NCBI GenBank assembly: GCA_022711115.1
Contig: JAKLFP010000003.1
Coordinates: 201,199 to 265,198 of the forward strand
DNA from: Candidatus Omnitrophota bacterium
GTDB lineage: Bacteria > Omnitrophota > Omnitrophia > Omnitrophales > Aquincolibacteriaceae
Direction: 5' to 3'
Length of the DNA: 64,000 bases
Positions 38,601-45,843 of the stretch are shown here, piece by piece. The notes beneath the pieces are model-generated. The model was not told the origin of the DNA, did no database searches, and saw nothing but the letters and a program-made list of their open reading frames with translations. How positions within the stretch are numbered: the first letter of the stretch is position 1; each line of letters opens with the position of its first letter. The position numbers and the translations under genes were made by a program.

Positions 38601-40071
38601 AATATCTTCCGAAAGCAGGTCGATCGCCGCCCATCCAATAACGCATGTTATCTAGTGGTATCTCGCCGAAATTATAATAAACCCGAGAACTTACTGTTGA
38701 TGTGCCCGGAATTAAAAAAGTTTGATAAGCATAACCGGAGAGATTGCTTTGACCATACTCGGGAATAAAATGATACGAATCATTGCCTCCGAAGATTTCC
38801 GCCCAGCCAGCATGTTCTTTGATCCAATTGATGGCGTTGATTTCTCGCCACTCCGTATATTGCTCATTATGCCCAAAGCCTGCTTGCCCGAATTCGCCGG
38901 GAACATCGAGAGGATCAATCCCATAAAGAGAATCTGTCTCGCCGCCAATAGCATGATATCCTTCATGAAGAATGATCCCTATCACACCGGAACGACCAGC
39001 GCCCAAAGTTTGATCCGGTTTAAACATACGAGCCCCTAAGGAGATTTGCGCGCTTGCCCAACCCATGCTGGAATACCAAAACCTTGTAGAACCACAAACA
39101 GGCCTGACGTAATCGGCGCTTATCACGTGAACAGTCTGTTTAAATTTATTCCAGAAATCAGCTGCAAAATGCCTGAGAGATGTTAATACATCCAATATGA
39201 CTTGAGTGGTGCTGGCTAAGAAACCACTGATATACCCGAAAATCATGGATCGGTAATGTTCCGTCCATTCTGCATACCATTCGTCTCGAGTGATATCACG
39301 CTCCGCCTGACTGTACATTAGATTTGGCTCATTGGGCTGACTAAGCGTTCCATCGCCAGGAGATAGGTCATACGCTTCTCCTGCACTTTGATCGAAAATC
39401 GCACTGCCCTGTTCATCCCGATAAACCATGTAGCGTTGATTATTTTGTTCGTAATAAATAACTCCTTTTTCATTGACTGTTTCAATTTTGATTTCAGTAA
39501 GCTTACTTAGCGCATTTTGAACATTGATATCATTTTGCGTTGATTCGCTCATTCCCTTAAAAATCAGATCGCCGTCGACATTCTCCACACCGGAATAAAC
39601 AGTTTCTTTGACTTCGCTGAATGTTCCGTCTGCTTTTAAACTAACCTTCATGAATTTGAATTTGCCATTTCCTTGAACATCTGAAAGGTTGTGAACTACA
39701 ACAAAATACTCATTCGCTTCCGGATCGTACCGGGTTTCAATGGAATAGCTTTTCCCAAGGTTCTTTTGAAGCTGATCCACCAAAGCCTTCGCGGTAACAG
39801 GTAATTCAGGTTGAAGTTTATCTTCCGGCATTGCGGGTGAAATCGGACTCGGCTCTTGAAGGCTTCCGGAGGGAAGTTCCGGTGCAGATTTATCCGGCAA
39901 CACGGTACTGGATAGGGCATCTACAGTTTTAGTTTGCTGGCTTCTTGGATCTGAAAGTGTAATGGGTTCATCCGCATAGACCGGAGACAGAGGGGTGACG
40001 GAAAAAAAGCACATCAAAATACTCAGGTATAAAGATATCCCCTTAGTGCACAGCCTCATGTTAAATTTCAC
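32683..40071 (-). CDS. giant secreted multi-module protein (2462 aa) with four HExxH zincin-like motifs, YD-repeat-like segments and a triplicated beta-rich module
   Basis: The signal peptide ends ...PLSPVYA. A Pro-rich linker follows. The HExxH motifs are HEGYH (codons about 38953-38967), HEMAH, HEATH and HEMKH. The YD-like segments are YDSIGRLALMTQYDNRTL...PDYSKRTYANGD and a second copy. The three copies of the SFEY..SSTS..QG..IVF..AFS..GQWIYYN module are detailed in the findings. Confidence 0.8.
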   Translation of the reverse strand: MKFNMRLCTKGISLYLSILMCFFSVTPLSPVYADEPITLSDPRSQQTKTVDALSSTVLPDKSAPELPSGSLQEPSPISPAMPEDKLQPELPVTAKALVDQLQKNLGKSYSIETRYDPEANEYFVVVHNLSDVQGNGKFKFMKVSLKADGTFSEVKETVYSGVENVDGDLIFKGMSESTQNDINVQNALSKLTEIKIETVNEKGVIYYEQNNQRYMVYRDEQGSAIFDQSAGEAYDLSPGDGTLSQPNEPNLMYSQAERDITRDEWYAEWTEHYRSMIFGYISGFLASTTQVILDVLTSLRHFAADFWNKFKQTVHVISADYVRPVCGSTRFWYSSMGWASAQISLGARMFKPDQTLGAGRSGVIGIILHEGYHAIGGETDSLYGIDPLDVPGEFGQAGFGHNEQYTEWREINAINWIKEHAGWAEIFGGNDSYHFIPEYGQSNLSGYAYQTFLIPGTSTVSSRVYYNFGEIPLDNMRYWMGGDRPAFGRYWWIDPWNSQIYLNGSHWQEVITGPLFAETFYSGRQVVFNESALFMRSPEEIARIYQVAQQTSDSKVVPQLVSVTAGSMTRGSGTVTGHTVEFQTATIFVSNIINPGTSNETISLFDGTWHDFYNNFELITSIEALQQQLATKANTITTLLNQTFTALFGPIDVSGSTFASAVLTINGTIVTPPTDPDLLLSFTTILKILWNGKKMLTNAYDSVVEFSIAEVQRANELGLDGYVLQQAAQFMTNVYFATRTELLQTQQQLTSIAQSMDAAIVWHTNAKTNKILQTAAYSLQNAITLQSMLPSGLKVSLRYDTGAGKLLTEIINNNTHPRGTFVSASFSLLANGSLDAIQSISYQDITSLDQQLLFSAIKLLTPAITADRDALIRLTQSTIYSVEPTGAIHLGWQGKFYKIYRNGTIVTYQDETPLMQTLQKYYGLSGLPANIRVSVNPQNSNEINVFISELQNGVMKDVGKIVIMTYGGQYNISRVVDLKTGTQAQFNYAAGYVLSSIWRTTCSDINCRGGYWKSQISVTTLDSSTSSGTATVTSVSSPTFLVWTDATSVSFTSFADLIKKSTDMDIPVPVAATLSSFKNNIGSLTFHYFYVTGGYKVIVTNPTAIVGGLSRMEFVVRRNGTIDLTTLQLTYKGATTNLTPNGSLLFEGMKLLQPGISDVAALTMLPRISNVQAGSSGSIKFVYQTLSYVIFKAPAPSTQIYLLPSVPLDSAEQFLMTQFSFAPNSFEYISSTSTTASRFGTSVQGYNIVFRRGSTLYNAFSDLSGQWIYYNGVWYQWLVSGSQATIKRYDSIGRLALMTQYDNRTLLWTQQYYYTGANITPDYSKRTYANGDIDYYNSAGQRFVDALLDRTTMTEIEFNNTKNAFPYIRESFGNMTYAEFIAHAPTTSERNFLTDLIAYAMNRDAARFGQLLSTLRHFIILTNPSSPHVGGGYGVAATATVTLDLGSVPLLNDNTKGGMASFMAHEMAHVYCGVKGICNSPMVASEKYARAETVRWMEMLGSPQVSINEEKYMIDVAGDGSTEGTLVQNYYFANGISRERAIRLVWAAQLNLLASGITKMVFESSRVASMTKDSVILTGRELTFQLPGGGHKTVFVHAISDTSFWVFVDSSWHSVNIQMSLINNVQSVIQSLITQSTEFNARRAQDFSVFSQEINAIGATFAAAKVQVFGTVIEPPMQADTLLTYNTLKKMIWNWKCLAQNQFDQVVNFESIEMQRAQMLGLSARNPQMMIIGDLNYKSEAELQALLAQLNSASQDLANAMATYNTEWNERRLRSVVFSQFLPPYQSSAILYLASMGMNSLQFISSSSANRDHFGIMNNGYDMVFSYSGTNQNIFQNIFSDLSGGLIYYNGQWIVNLQGTYLPYDALFAGLRQEDPLTQITAAQFLESVQATAQNLDLVAQAYAFMTDPVNHILPAGASFPVLFLKGINLTPEALSQFAMSSEAYDIVVMPLEPFLALPQDSMTRRNWIVPRVAHEATHSVDVAADPNVAILVSEANAYAATFQAVRVLGASPDIIARQEKTAAAFSILSGNPQIVAQIFGTGIQNFRFVGYESIQLPGGSVVRISLHWNGQTKLVDVDVAAPAGSQISVVQNDVFGRLSVRTQYAANGTPAWTQQYCYTGTNTTPDYSKRTYANGDTTDYYNSSGQLFVDVLLSRQNFSRELYTNIQNSFRSIQPASYFVTTTYETFVAEGINAQARNAMRQMIALGMQTDSATFLTYLRSPYHLVLRQLQEHPFYASASASWIFSGMGVAIQATVDKVLIFYCDLTALSGTQGAASARLALPILAHEMKHSIDVVDDAAHMEWRAHQVTANWMRLLNFNKHDINRQQWLVDRIPDSSFHGLASKLVTGAIRDVINPRTGTFYTYAEAEAEVMQPLESAEQFLMMQLSLRAKSFEYLSSTSNTRSRSGANIQGFDIVFRYNGISYTAFSEPAGQWIYYNSNWYQLINGVWVLMGSLLSATV
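36507..37326. repeat. paralogous segment (copy 2) inside the 2462-aa gene, homologous to 31274..32093
   Basis: See copy 1. The coordinates were derived from the 5233-bp offset between mirrored antisense ORFs and are approximate. Confidence 0.75.
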
Positions 40072-40289
40072 ATCTCCCTTTCTTCTTAAAATAGTGTTCC
40101 TAGCTCTATTTAAAAAGTAGCTCTAAAAGCTATAGAAGTAAAATTATAGTTATTAATAGACATTAATTTTTAGTTTTTACTATAAATTATATGCGCCTCT
40201 TAAATGCCTTTAAGCATCCGATAATCGCTTATGAAGGATAGCTGCCAGAAAGCCAAGAGATTAGATTTCAGGAATGTGAATGATTGCTC

Positions 40290-40835
40290 TCAACGATTTT
40301 TTCTGAGAAGCTGATCACTGTAGGAGTCGGCGATGAGGTCGCGTTTTTTGACACCTAAAAGCTGTTGATAATATTCACATCGCGCTTTAAGTTTTATGGC
40401 TTGTTTTGCAGGACCAAACACTTCGATCTCTACAAATTTTCCGAGTCCTCTCACCTGATCGATATGGAATTTTGTATTGCGAATGAAATAGATTTCGCGC
40501 TTTTTATCGACCACAGTCAAAATCCCCAAGGCATGAGAAAGAAGCTTCTTCAGGACGGTCAGGGACGGTTCTCTTGCGGAGAACCGTCCCTGTTTGCTAA
40601 GCTTACAGAGAATGGCGTCGCAGCGCTTGGAATTCTTCTGATCCGTGCGCTTGTAATAAATGAGGGCATTCTCGATATTCCCCTTGCGGAGCTTTAAACG
40701 ACCGGTCGGGACGCAGAAGTAGGTATCGATCTGGTGGTCGAGGCCTTTATAAACGGCTTTTTGGCCTCTGAGAATCTGGCGCACACCGGCCGGATTATGA
40801 CACCTAGCTTTGATCTCGATACTGATGCGGTTCAT
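40290..40835 (-). CDS. CYTH domain protein (class IV adenylate cyclase CyaB-like / triphosphatase)
   Basis: It starts SIEIKARC, matching the EIE(R/I)K CYTH signature. Its length of 181 aa and the C-terminal FVEIEV motif fit the family. Confidence 0.65.
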   Translation of the reverse strand: MNRISIEIKARCHNPAGVRQILRGQKAVYKGLDHQIDTYFCVPTGRLKLRKGNIENALIYYKRTDQKNSKRCDAILCKLSKQGRFSAREPSLTVLKKLLSHALGILTVVDKKREIYFIRNTKFHIDQVRGLGKFVEIEVFGPAKQAIKLKARCEYYQQLLGVKKRDLIADSYSDQLLRKNR

Positions 40836-40966
40836 GAAACGACTCCTCTATAAACGTCGTCGCGAGGCCGTCGCAGACGTGCCGTGGCGATCTCCCGATT
40901 TGGGGCTTGAATATTAAGAGATTGCTTCCTTCCTGTCTTGCTGTCGCAATGACACTCTCAAAATCT

Positions 40967-41788
40967 TTAGAACGGAAGCTTTATTTTTTTCTTGAGGTCG
41001 CTCGCCGTGTGGGTCACGCTCTTGGCTAGTGTCTTAGCCTGTTCTTCCACAACATCTCCGGCTTGACCGGCAAACTGGCCTGCGTATTGGCTTGCCATAT
41101 CCGTGGCACTGCCCAGAACCCCGGAAATGCTTCCGGTGAGGGCATTCACATTGAAACCGCTGAGCATGGCAAGCGGCGTTTTGGTCATGACCTTGTAAAC
41201 AATCAACTTCACAAGCTGGTTCGGGTCCGTAATATTTTGAAAAGTTTCATCCAATCCCACGTTAAAATCCGTGGTAGAAGCCGTGCCGCCGGTATAATTG
41301 ATAAAAGCGGCTTTCCCGACCTTGAGATGGAGCAAATCGACTTGAAACGCCAGGCCCTTTCCCTTTTGCTCAGGTGCCGGTTGGGCAGGCTGTTGGGCCT
41401 CACCGCCTTTTTGTTGCAATGCCTTTAACGAATCAAGATTGAGCGCTCCCTTCTCGTTCCGCACCACATTGAATTGTTTCAAATCAAATTCGACTTGCTT
41501 GAAATGGAGCTTTCCGGTCAAAATGGCGGCGCGCTGATAAGCTATAAGGATTTTCGGAATTTCTACCAGGATTGTGTCATGAAAACCGGCGGGATTCTTG
41601 AGCACTAAGCCTTCCATGTCCACCGAGGTATTCAGGATATCTAGATCAAACTTCTGAATGGAAAGCGACATCCCCGTCAAGATTTTTGCGCCGGTCTCCA
41701 ACACGGCCTTGATCACAATATTGCGCGCGAGCAATAACACGGCAAGCAAAGCAAGAACGATCACAAAAAAACCTACTATTTTTTTCAT
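40967..41788 (-). CDS. membrane-anchored hypothetical protein (AsmA-like/DUF748-like N-terminal anchor)
   Basis: It has a single N-terminal TM helix and a Gln/Ala-rich linker. I recognise no catalytic motif. Confidence 0.35.
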   Translation of the reverse strand: MKKIVGFFVIVLALLAVLLLARNIVIKAVLETGAKILTGMSLSIQKFDLDILNTSVDMEGLVLKNPAGFHDTILVEIPKILIAYQRAAILTGKLHFKQVEFDLKQFNVVRNEKGALNLDSLKALQQKGGEAQQPAQPAPEQKGKGLAFQVDLLHLKVGKAAFINYTGGTASTTDFNVGLDETFQNITDPNQLVKLIVYKVMTKTPLAMLSGFNVNALTGSISGVLGSATDMASQYAGQFAGQAGDVVEEQAKTLAKSVTHTASDLKKKIKLPF

Positions 41789-41799
41789 ATCCCCCCCTT

Positions 41800-42486
41800 T
41801 TATTTGTTGAATGAGTTCGAAATGGGTATGACTTGACTGCCATCCGGACTGATTTGAGAAGCAATGTCGGCCCGGCCATTGGCTTCACACCAACGCCTGA
41901 CCGTTCTCAAAACAGCCGGGAGCCATTCCTGATGATAGCCCAGCATCAACATTTCCCGGTAGATATCTTCGAATTTTTCGTCTGTGTATTTGATCTTGTA
42001 GATCGCAGCAATCAATCCCGTACGGTCCTTACCTGCAGCGCAGTGAATCAATACCGGTTGCTCCGACGGATTGGATACCACGTCAAGGATCTGATCGATC
42101 AGACCCAGATCCTGATCTTCCCTAGCATCCATCGGGAAATAATAGTATCGCAATCCCAATTTCTGAGCCAATTTCTTTTCAACGCCTTGTTTTTCTTCAT
42201 CCTCACGCAAGTTGACGACTGTTTTTAGCCCGTGCACTTTCATCCGCCTCAAGGACTCTTCGTTGGGCTGTGCGGAACGCCAAATCCCAGGGGACACAAG
42301 ATGGAAGTTATGCTGTTTCGCAACAACGGATGTGGTTGAGGCCTTATCCTTGGGAAATCGCGCAATGGATTGGGAAAGTCCGTGAGGGCGGACAACCATG
42401 CTGGTTTTTAAAACAGATAACACACCGACCATCAGAAAAAAACCAACCAGGCTTCCGAGCAATATCCTGAAAAAGCTTTTTTTCAT
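41800..42486 (-). CDS. secreted protein-tyrosine/dual-specificity phosphatase
   Basis: It has an N-terminal signal/TM segment and the CX5R P-loop HCAAGKDRTG. Confidence 0.75.
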   Translation of the reverse strand: MKKSFFRILLGSLVGFFLMVGVLSVLKTSMVVRPHGLSQSIARFPKDKASTTSVVAKQHNFHLVSPGIWRSAQPNEESLRRMKVHGLKTVVNLREDEEKQGVEKKLAQKLGLRYYYFPMDAREDQDLGLIDQILDVVSNPSEQPVLIHCAAGKDRTGLIAAIYKIKYTDEKFEDIYREMLMLGYHQEWLPAVLRTVRRWCEANGRADIASQISPDGSQVIPISNSFNK

Positions 42487-42496
42487 CTTCCAGACC

Positions 42497-44290
42497 TCAT
42501 GTTTTGACGGGTTGCTGACTCATTCTTTTAAAAATCGCTTCTTCCACGACCATTTCTTTCCGCGCGCGAATACGGGCCAGATGCTGTTCCAGGCGTTCGG
42601 CGGGCACACCCAGTTGTTCCAGCACCACGCGGTTAAGCTCATGACTCGCTTCCCATTCCTCCATGACTACCATATCGGCCCCAAGCTCGTAAAGCGGAGC
42701 CGTCTGATTTTCATAACGGGTCCGGACTGCGAGAATGACTTCCGGATTCAAGTCCTGAACCACACGGATAATTTGTGACATGCTGAGTGTGTCAGGAAAA
42801 CTGACGACCACGGCTTTTGCCCGGGATATGCCGACACGTTTCATGACCTCCCGATTAGCGGCATCGCCATAAATCACCTTCATATGCAACTTCTTGGCTT
42901 CACGCACCTTCAAAGGATTCATTTCAATGATCACAAAAGGAATCTTTTCCGTTATAAAGGCATTCGCAAGATCCCGGCCCGTAGGCCCGAACCCGCAAAG
43001 AATAACATGCCCTGTAAGTGAAGATAAAGAACGATCCTCTCGGGTCCAGTTCTTGGGCGGTACTCCGAAGATCACGAACCTTCCGAGAATCTTGAGCATC
43101 AGCGGAATGGAAGCGAACAAAAGCGGCGTCAGCAACATGGTCAAAAACGCTGTCGAAAGCAAAACCTGATAAAGCTCCAGATTAATATGTCCGGAACTGC
43201 GAGCCATTTCGATCAAAAGGAACGAAAATTCCCCGATCTGAGAAAGAATCACTCCGGTCATCATCGCCACTCGAGGCGGGAACCCGAAGGCCATGATGAT
43301 GATAGTCATAATGACAAAGTTGATAAAAAGCACGAAGCTTACTGTCAAAAAGACTAGTTCAATATGCTGGAAGAAGAAACCTATGTCAAAAAGGAGGCCT
43401 ATCGAAACAAAAAAGATACTCACGAAAAGATGGCGAAACGGTATGATATCGCCTATGAGCTGATGCGAAAAACCCGTGTTCGCAAACATGAATCCCGCCA
43501 AAAGGGCTCCGATCGCCATCGAAAGTCCCAAGGCGCTGCTCAGCCAGGTCATGCCGAGACAGACCACCACCGAAAAAAGAAAAAAAATCTCGCGGCTACG
43601 GATCACCGCAACGCGATACAGCAGCTGCGGCAAAAGAAAGCGGGAAAACACAAAAGCGCTTAAGAGAAGCAGGAGTGTTTTAAGAAAAGCAAAAATCAGC
43701 GCGATTTCGATGGATTCGATCGATTGCCCGAAAACAGAAAGGAAAATCATGATCGGCACAACCGCCAAGTCCTGGAAGATCAGGATCGAGATTGAAATAC
43801 GCCCGTGCGGCGTGTCGATCTCCCCCCTGTCCATGAGGTATTTCAGAACGATCGCTGTGGAACTAAGTGCAATCACAGCCCCAAGGAAAAAACCTTCGTA
43901 AAAACCCCAGCCGCACCACCACCCAAAAATCAAAGACAGTCCGATGGAAACCAGAATTTGCATTGTCCCACCCCAAATCGCAATATTCTGCATCCCACGC
44001 AAGCGTTCAAAGGAAAACTCCAGTCCAATAGTCAGCATCAAAAGAACGACACCCATCTCGGCGAGTGAGCGGATATGTTCGGGATCGGAAAGGATTCTGA
44101 AACCATGAGGTCCGATAAGGACCCCGGTCAGAAGAAAGCCAAGGATTGCGGGCAACCGGAATTTTTCAAAAAAAACAGCGACGGCCGTAGCGATCATCAA
44201 AACCAGAAGAAGTTCATTAAAAAAAGCCGTATTCGCCATGGGCCCCGTCAGATTGGTGGATTGAGATGTGCTGCTGCTGATATTATACAA
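42497..44290 (-). CDS. CPA2 family monovalent cation:proton antiporter (KefB/KefC-like) with C-terminal RCK/TrkA-N domain
   Basis: A 13-TM Na_H exchanger domain is followed by the Rossmann motif HVILCGFGPTGRDLA. Confidence 0.85.
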   Translation of the reverse strand: MYNISSSTSQSTNLTGPMANTAFFNELLLVLMIATAVAVFFEKFRLPAILGFLLTGVLIGPHGFRILSDPEHIRSLAEMGVVLLMLTIGLEFSFERLRGMQNIAIWGGTMQILVSIGLSLIFGWWCGWGFYEGFFLGAVIALSSTAIVLKYLMDRGEIDTPHGRISISILIFQDLAVVPIMIFLSVFGQSIESIEIALIFAFLKTLLLLLSAFVFSRFLLPQLLYRVAVIRSREIFFLFSVVVCLGMTWLSSALGLSMAIGALLAGFMFANTGFSHQLIGDIIPFRHLFVSIFFVSIGLLFDIGFFFQHIELVFLTVSFVLFINFVIMTIIIMAFGFPPRVAMMTGVILSQIGEFSFLLIEMARSSGHINLELYQVLLSTAFLTMLLTPLLFASIPLMLKILGRFVIFGVPPKNWTREDRSLSSLTGHVILCGFGPTGRDLANAFITEKIPFVIIEMNPLKVREAKKLHMKVIYGDAANREVMKRVGISRAKAVVVSFPDTLSMSQIIRVVQDLNPEVILAVRTRYENQTAPLYELGADMVVMEEWEASHELNRVVLEQLGVPAERLEQHLARIRARKEMVVEEAIFKRMSQQPVKT

Positions 44291-44866
44291 AATCTGAAAG
44301 GAAATGAAAATGAAGCTTTGTGGGTTGTATCAATAATGCTGTTGTCTTAATCATTCATGCCGTTATTATTTTCCTGTATCGTTTTTTAGCACGAGATTTA
44401 TTCCATGCCGTTTCTAAAATCGCTCAGCATTTCACGTTTAAAAGAATCCACCCCTTTCATCCCTGTGACCCTCCCAGCTTCGCTGCCCAGGGTTCTTCTT
44501 TAACCGTTTCCGCAATCGCCAGCACCACCTAACCAAACATAAAAAGCTCGATTAGACACAGCCAAACTATTTTTATGCAGTTTTCCTTAGTGAATAAATT
44601 TGAATTTAAGACGTTTATAGAATGGGATGGGCTATTTGTACCGCTTTTGAATGTATCAAAAAAATTATCGCCTGAGGCCTTATAAATTTCAAGATATATG
44701 ATCAAAATTGCTATAAGGATACTTTTTAAAATGTATGAAAGACTTTTTTTGCTATAAAATGGATCTTGAATCTGAATTGATACTTGTCTAAACTTAGTAG
44801 TAGGAACAAGGGGCATGAGACCCCGGAGGCAAGACGATGAAAAAAGCAAAGTTCTTGATAAAAAAA

Positions 44867-45283
44867 ATGAATGATTCCAGAAAAAAATTTCCTAACCAAC
44901 AAACAGGCTTTACCCTTATAGAGGTCATGCTTGCTTTACTTATCATGGCCGTTGCGATCGGCAGCTACGTGGGGACCAATATGCTTATCCAACGGAACGC
45001 GGAAGTTCAGTTTGAACGCAGTATTGCCGTCCAAGACGCCAACAGGGTCATTGAGAGAATGCGGAATGCCGCCATCAGTGGAATATTTCCCGGTAATGTT
45101 GTGGCGGCATTCCCGAATGGCGGTTTTGTCCTCGGATTCACAAACCTGACCAGTGAGGTCGTGAATGTTCATTATACCTCGACAACTTCCGACCCGCTGG
45201 ATGCAACGGTAACTGTGAATTGGCAGTCCCATACCGGGCGAGGTTCAACTTTAGCATTGAGATCCATGCTAACACAGAGGTGA
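44867..45283 (+). CDS. prepilin-type N-terminal cleavage/methylation domain protein (minor pilin/pseudopilin-like)
   Basis: GFTLIEVMLALLIMAVAIGSY is the class III signal-peptide motif G|FTLIE. The start was chosen at the internal Met (MNDSRKK) of ORF 44837..45283. Confidence 0.65.
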   Translation: MNDSRKKFPNQQTGFTLIEVMLALLIMAVAIGSYVGTNMLIQRNAEVQFERSIAVQDANRVIERMRNAAISGIFPGNVVAAFPNGGFVLGFTNLTSEVVNVHYTSTTSDPLDATVTVNWQSHTGRGSTLALRSMLTQR

Positions 45284-45288
45284 CAGGC

Positions 45289-45843
45289 ATGTTAAAACGA
45301 CTAGGGAAAAAGCATCGCGGCTTTACGATCATTGAACTTGTTCTTGTGGCGTTTTTATCATCGTTCATCATCCTTGGCTCTTTCGCAGCCTTCACCGTCG
45401 GCAATGAACAAGCCCAACTGAGCCAAACTAAAATGACTCTTGAAAGTTCTGCGCGGGACGCACTTTATAAAATGGCGCAGGAGATACGCCAGTCGGCGCC
45501 GAGCAGGATCACGATTGCTGCTGGCGGAGCCAGCATCCTGTTTGCGGTACCCGATCCGGCCAATCTCATCACAGCAACTTACGGCGTTAATTGGGCGGGT
45601 TGTCACATGATTCGTTATGCTCTCGGAGGCGTTAATAACCGACAACTCATCCGAACGGATGTATCGGCAAATCAATCATCCGTTATCGCAAACGATATCA
45701 CAGCCCTTCAGTTTGCAATGGGTGTTTCTCAAATTCGCGTTATTTCTATAACACTCTCGACCCAACGGACGCTGATCAGCGGACGTCCGGTCCCGGACAC
45801 TCCCCTGCAGCTGACGGCACAAGTGGAGGTACGCAACACATGA
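45289..45843 (+). CDS. prepilin-type N-terminal domain protein (minor pilin-like)
   Basis: The motif is RGFTIIELVLVAFLSSFIILG. The start was chosen at MLKRLGKK, internal to ORF 45220..45843. Confidence 0.65.
   Translation: MLKRLGKKHRGFTIIELVLVAFLSSFIILGSFAAFTVGNEQAQLSQTKMTLESSARDALYKMAQEIRQSAPSRITIAAGGASILFAVPDPANLITATYGVNWAGCHMIRYALGGVNNRQLIRTDVSANQSSVIANDITALQFAMGVSQIRVISITLSTQRTLISGRPVPDTPLQLTAQVEVRNT

Noticed and set aside
29091-40071. atypical base composition of the giant-gene island as evidence of horizontal transfer
   Set aside because: By eye the GC content of the two giant genes is not clearly different from flanking housekeeping genes. Only the intergenic spacers are AT-rich. I cannot compute k-mer statistics, so I make no HGT claim.
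44529-44849. 106-aa minus-strand ORF in the AT-rich spacer
   Set aside because: It is low-complexity Ile/Leu/Lys-rich and has no start context. It is treated as non-coding.
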